This document shows, one piece after another, positions 26,813 to 26,940 of a DNA stretch of 26,940 bases. Below the pieces are notes generated by a model. That model worked only from the letters and a program-made list of their open reading frames with translations. It was not told the DNA's origin and ran no database searches. A program made the translations under genes and the position numbers. Source of the stretch: a virus (Duplodnaviria; Caudoviricetes); the IMG/VR virus record IMGVR_UViG_3300020397_000843, positions 1 to 26,940 of that record; one strand, given 5' to 3'. The first letter of the stretch is position 1, and each line of letters opens with the position of its first letter.

Positions 26813-26940
26813 TAGTAACCATAACCTCCGCCGCCGGATCCACTACCACCTGATCCACTACCACCTGATCCACTACCACCTGATCCACTACCACCTGATC
26901 CACTGCTACCTGAGCTACCAGAACTTGAAGTGCTTGTGCT
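26812..26940 (-). CDS. C-terminal 42 aa of an upstream gene cut by the window edge; Ser/Gly low-complexity tail, possibly a gp6-like baseplate wedge subunit
   Basis: Translates STSTSSSGSSGSSGSGGSGSGGSGSGGSGSGGSGSGGGGYGY* with TAA (26814-26812) overlapping the ATG of the giant gene. The gp6 idea rests only on gene order and the S/G-rich Tyr-terminated tail style. Confidence 0.65.
   Translation of the reverse strand, partial: STSTSSSGSSGSSGSGGSGSGGSGSGGSGSGGSGSGGGGYGY
26837..26911. repeat. 15-bp in-frame tandem repeat (GATCCACTACCACCT x4 plus one degenerate copy) encoding SGSGG
   Basis: Exact units at 26837, 26852, 26867 and 26882; degenerate GATCCACTGCTACCT at 26897; no spacers between units. 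Confidence 0.95.

Noticed and set aside
26837-26911. Repeat array as a possible CRISPR or origin iteron
   Set aside because: 15-bp units are contiguous with no spacers and are in frame with a Ser/Gly coding tail.
1-26940. Origin as a eukaryotic giant virus or a chromosomal contractile injection system
   Set aside because: SD sites, a sigma70 promoter and a tail collar argue against a eukaryotic virus; T4-like late motifs and cyanophage-style structural repeats favour a phage over a tailocin/eCIS, though no capsid gene is in the window to prove it.

Overview
AT-rich segment of a large tailed bacteriophage, most likely a myovirus of an uncultured aquatic lineage (inference from baseplate/fibre gene types, Shine-Dalgarno sites, a sigma70 promoter and T4-like late promoter motifs). 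All credible genes are on the minus strand. In transcription order (right to left): the Gly/Ser-repeat C-terminus of a gene cut by the window edge (possibly a gp6-like wedge subunit); a 5247-aa modular baseplate/adhesin-like protein; a 204-aa probable baseplate protein; three paralogous fibre proteins that share an N-terminal region but have different tips (tail collar, unassigned, autocleaving chaperone-like); a 315-aa probable virion protein. Then, behind its own near-consensus sigma70 promoter, come five translationally coupled genes: two hypotheticals, two GT8-like glycosyltransferases and a tandem two-domain GT-A protein that the ORF track missed because it runs off the left edge. The best candidate for a new system is phage-encoded glycosylation, possibly of the virion: at least four GT-A domains sit next to the tail module, and the structural proteins carry a recurrent (D/E)-D-S-T motif resembling a bacterial O-glycosylation sequon. 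All family calls are from motif recognition by eye; no database search was run. No RNA genes, CRISPR arrays or mobile elements were seen.
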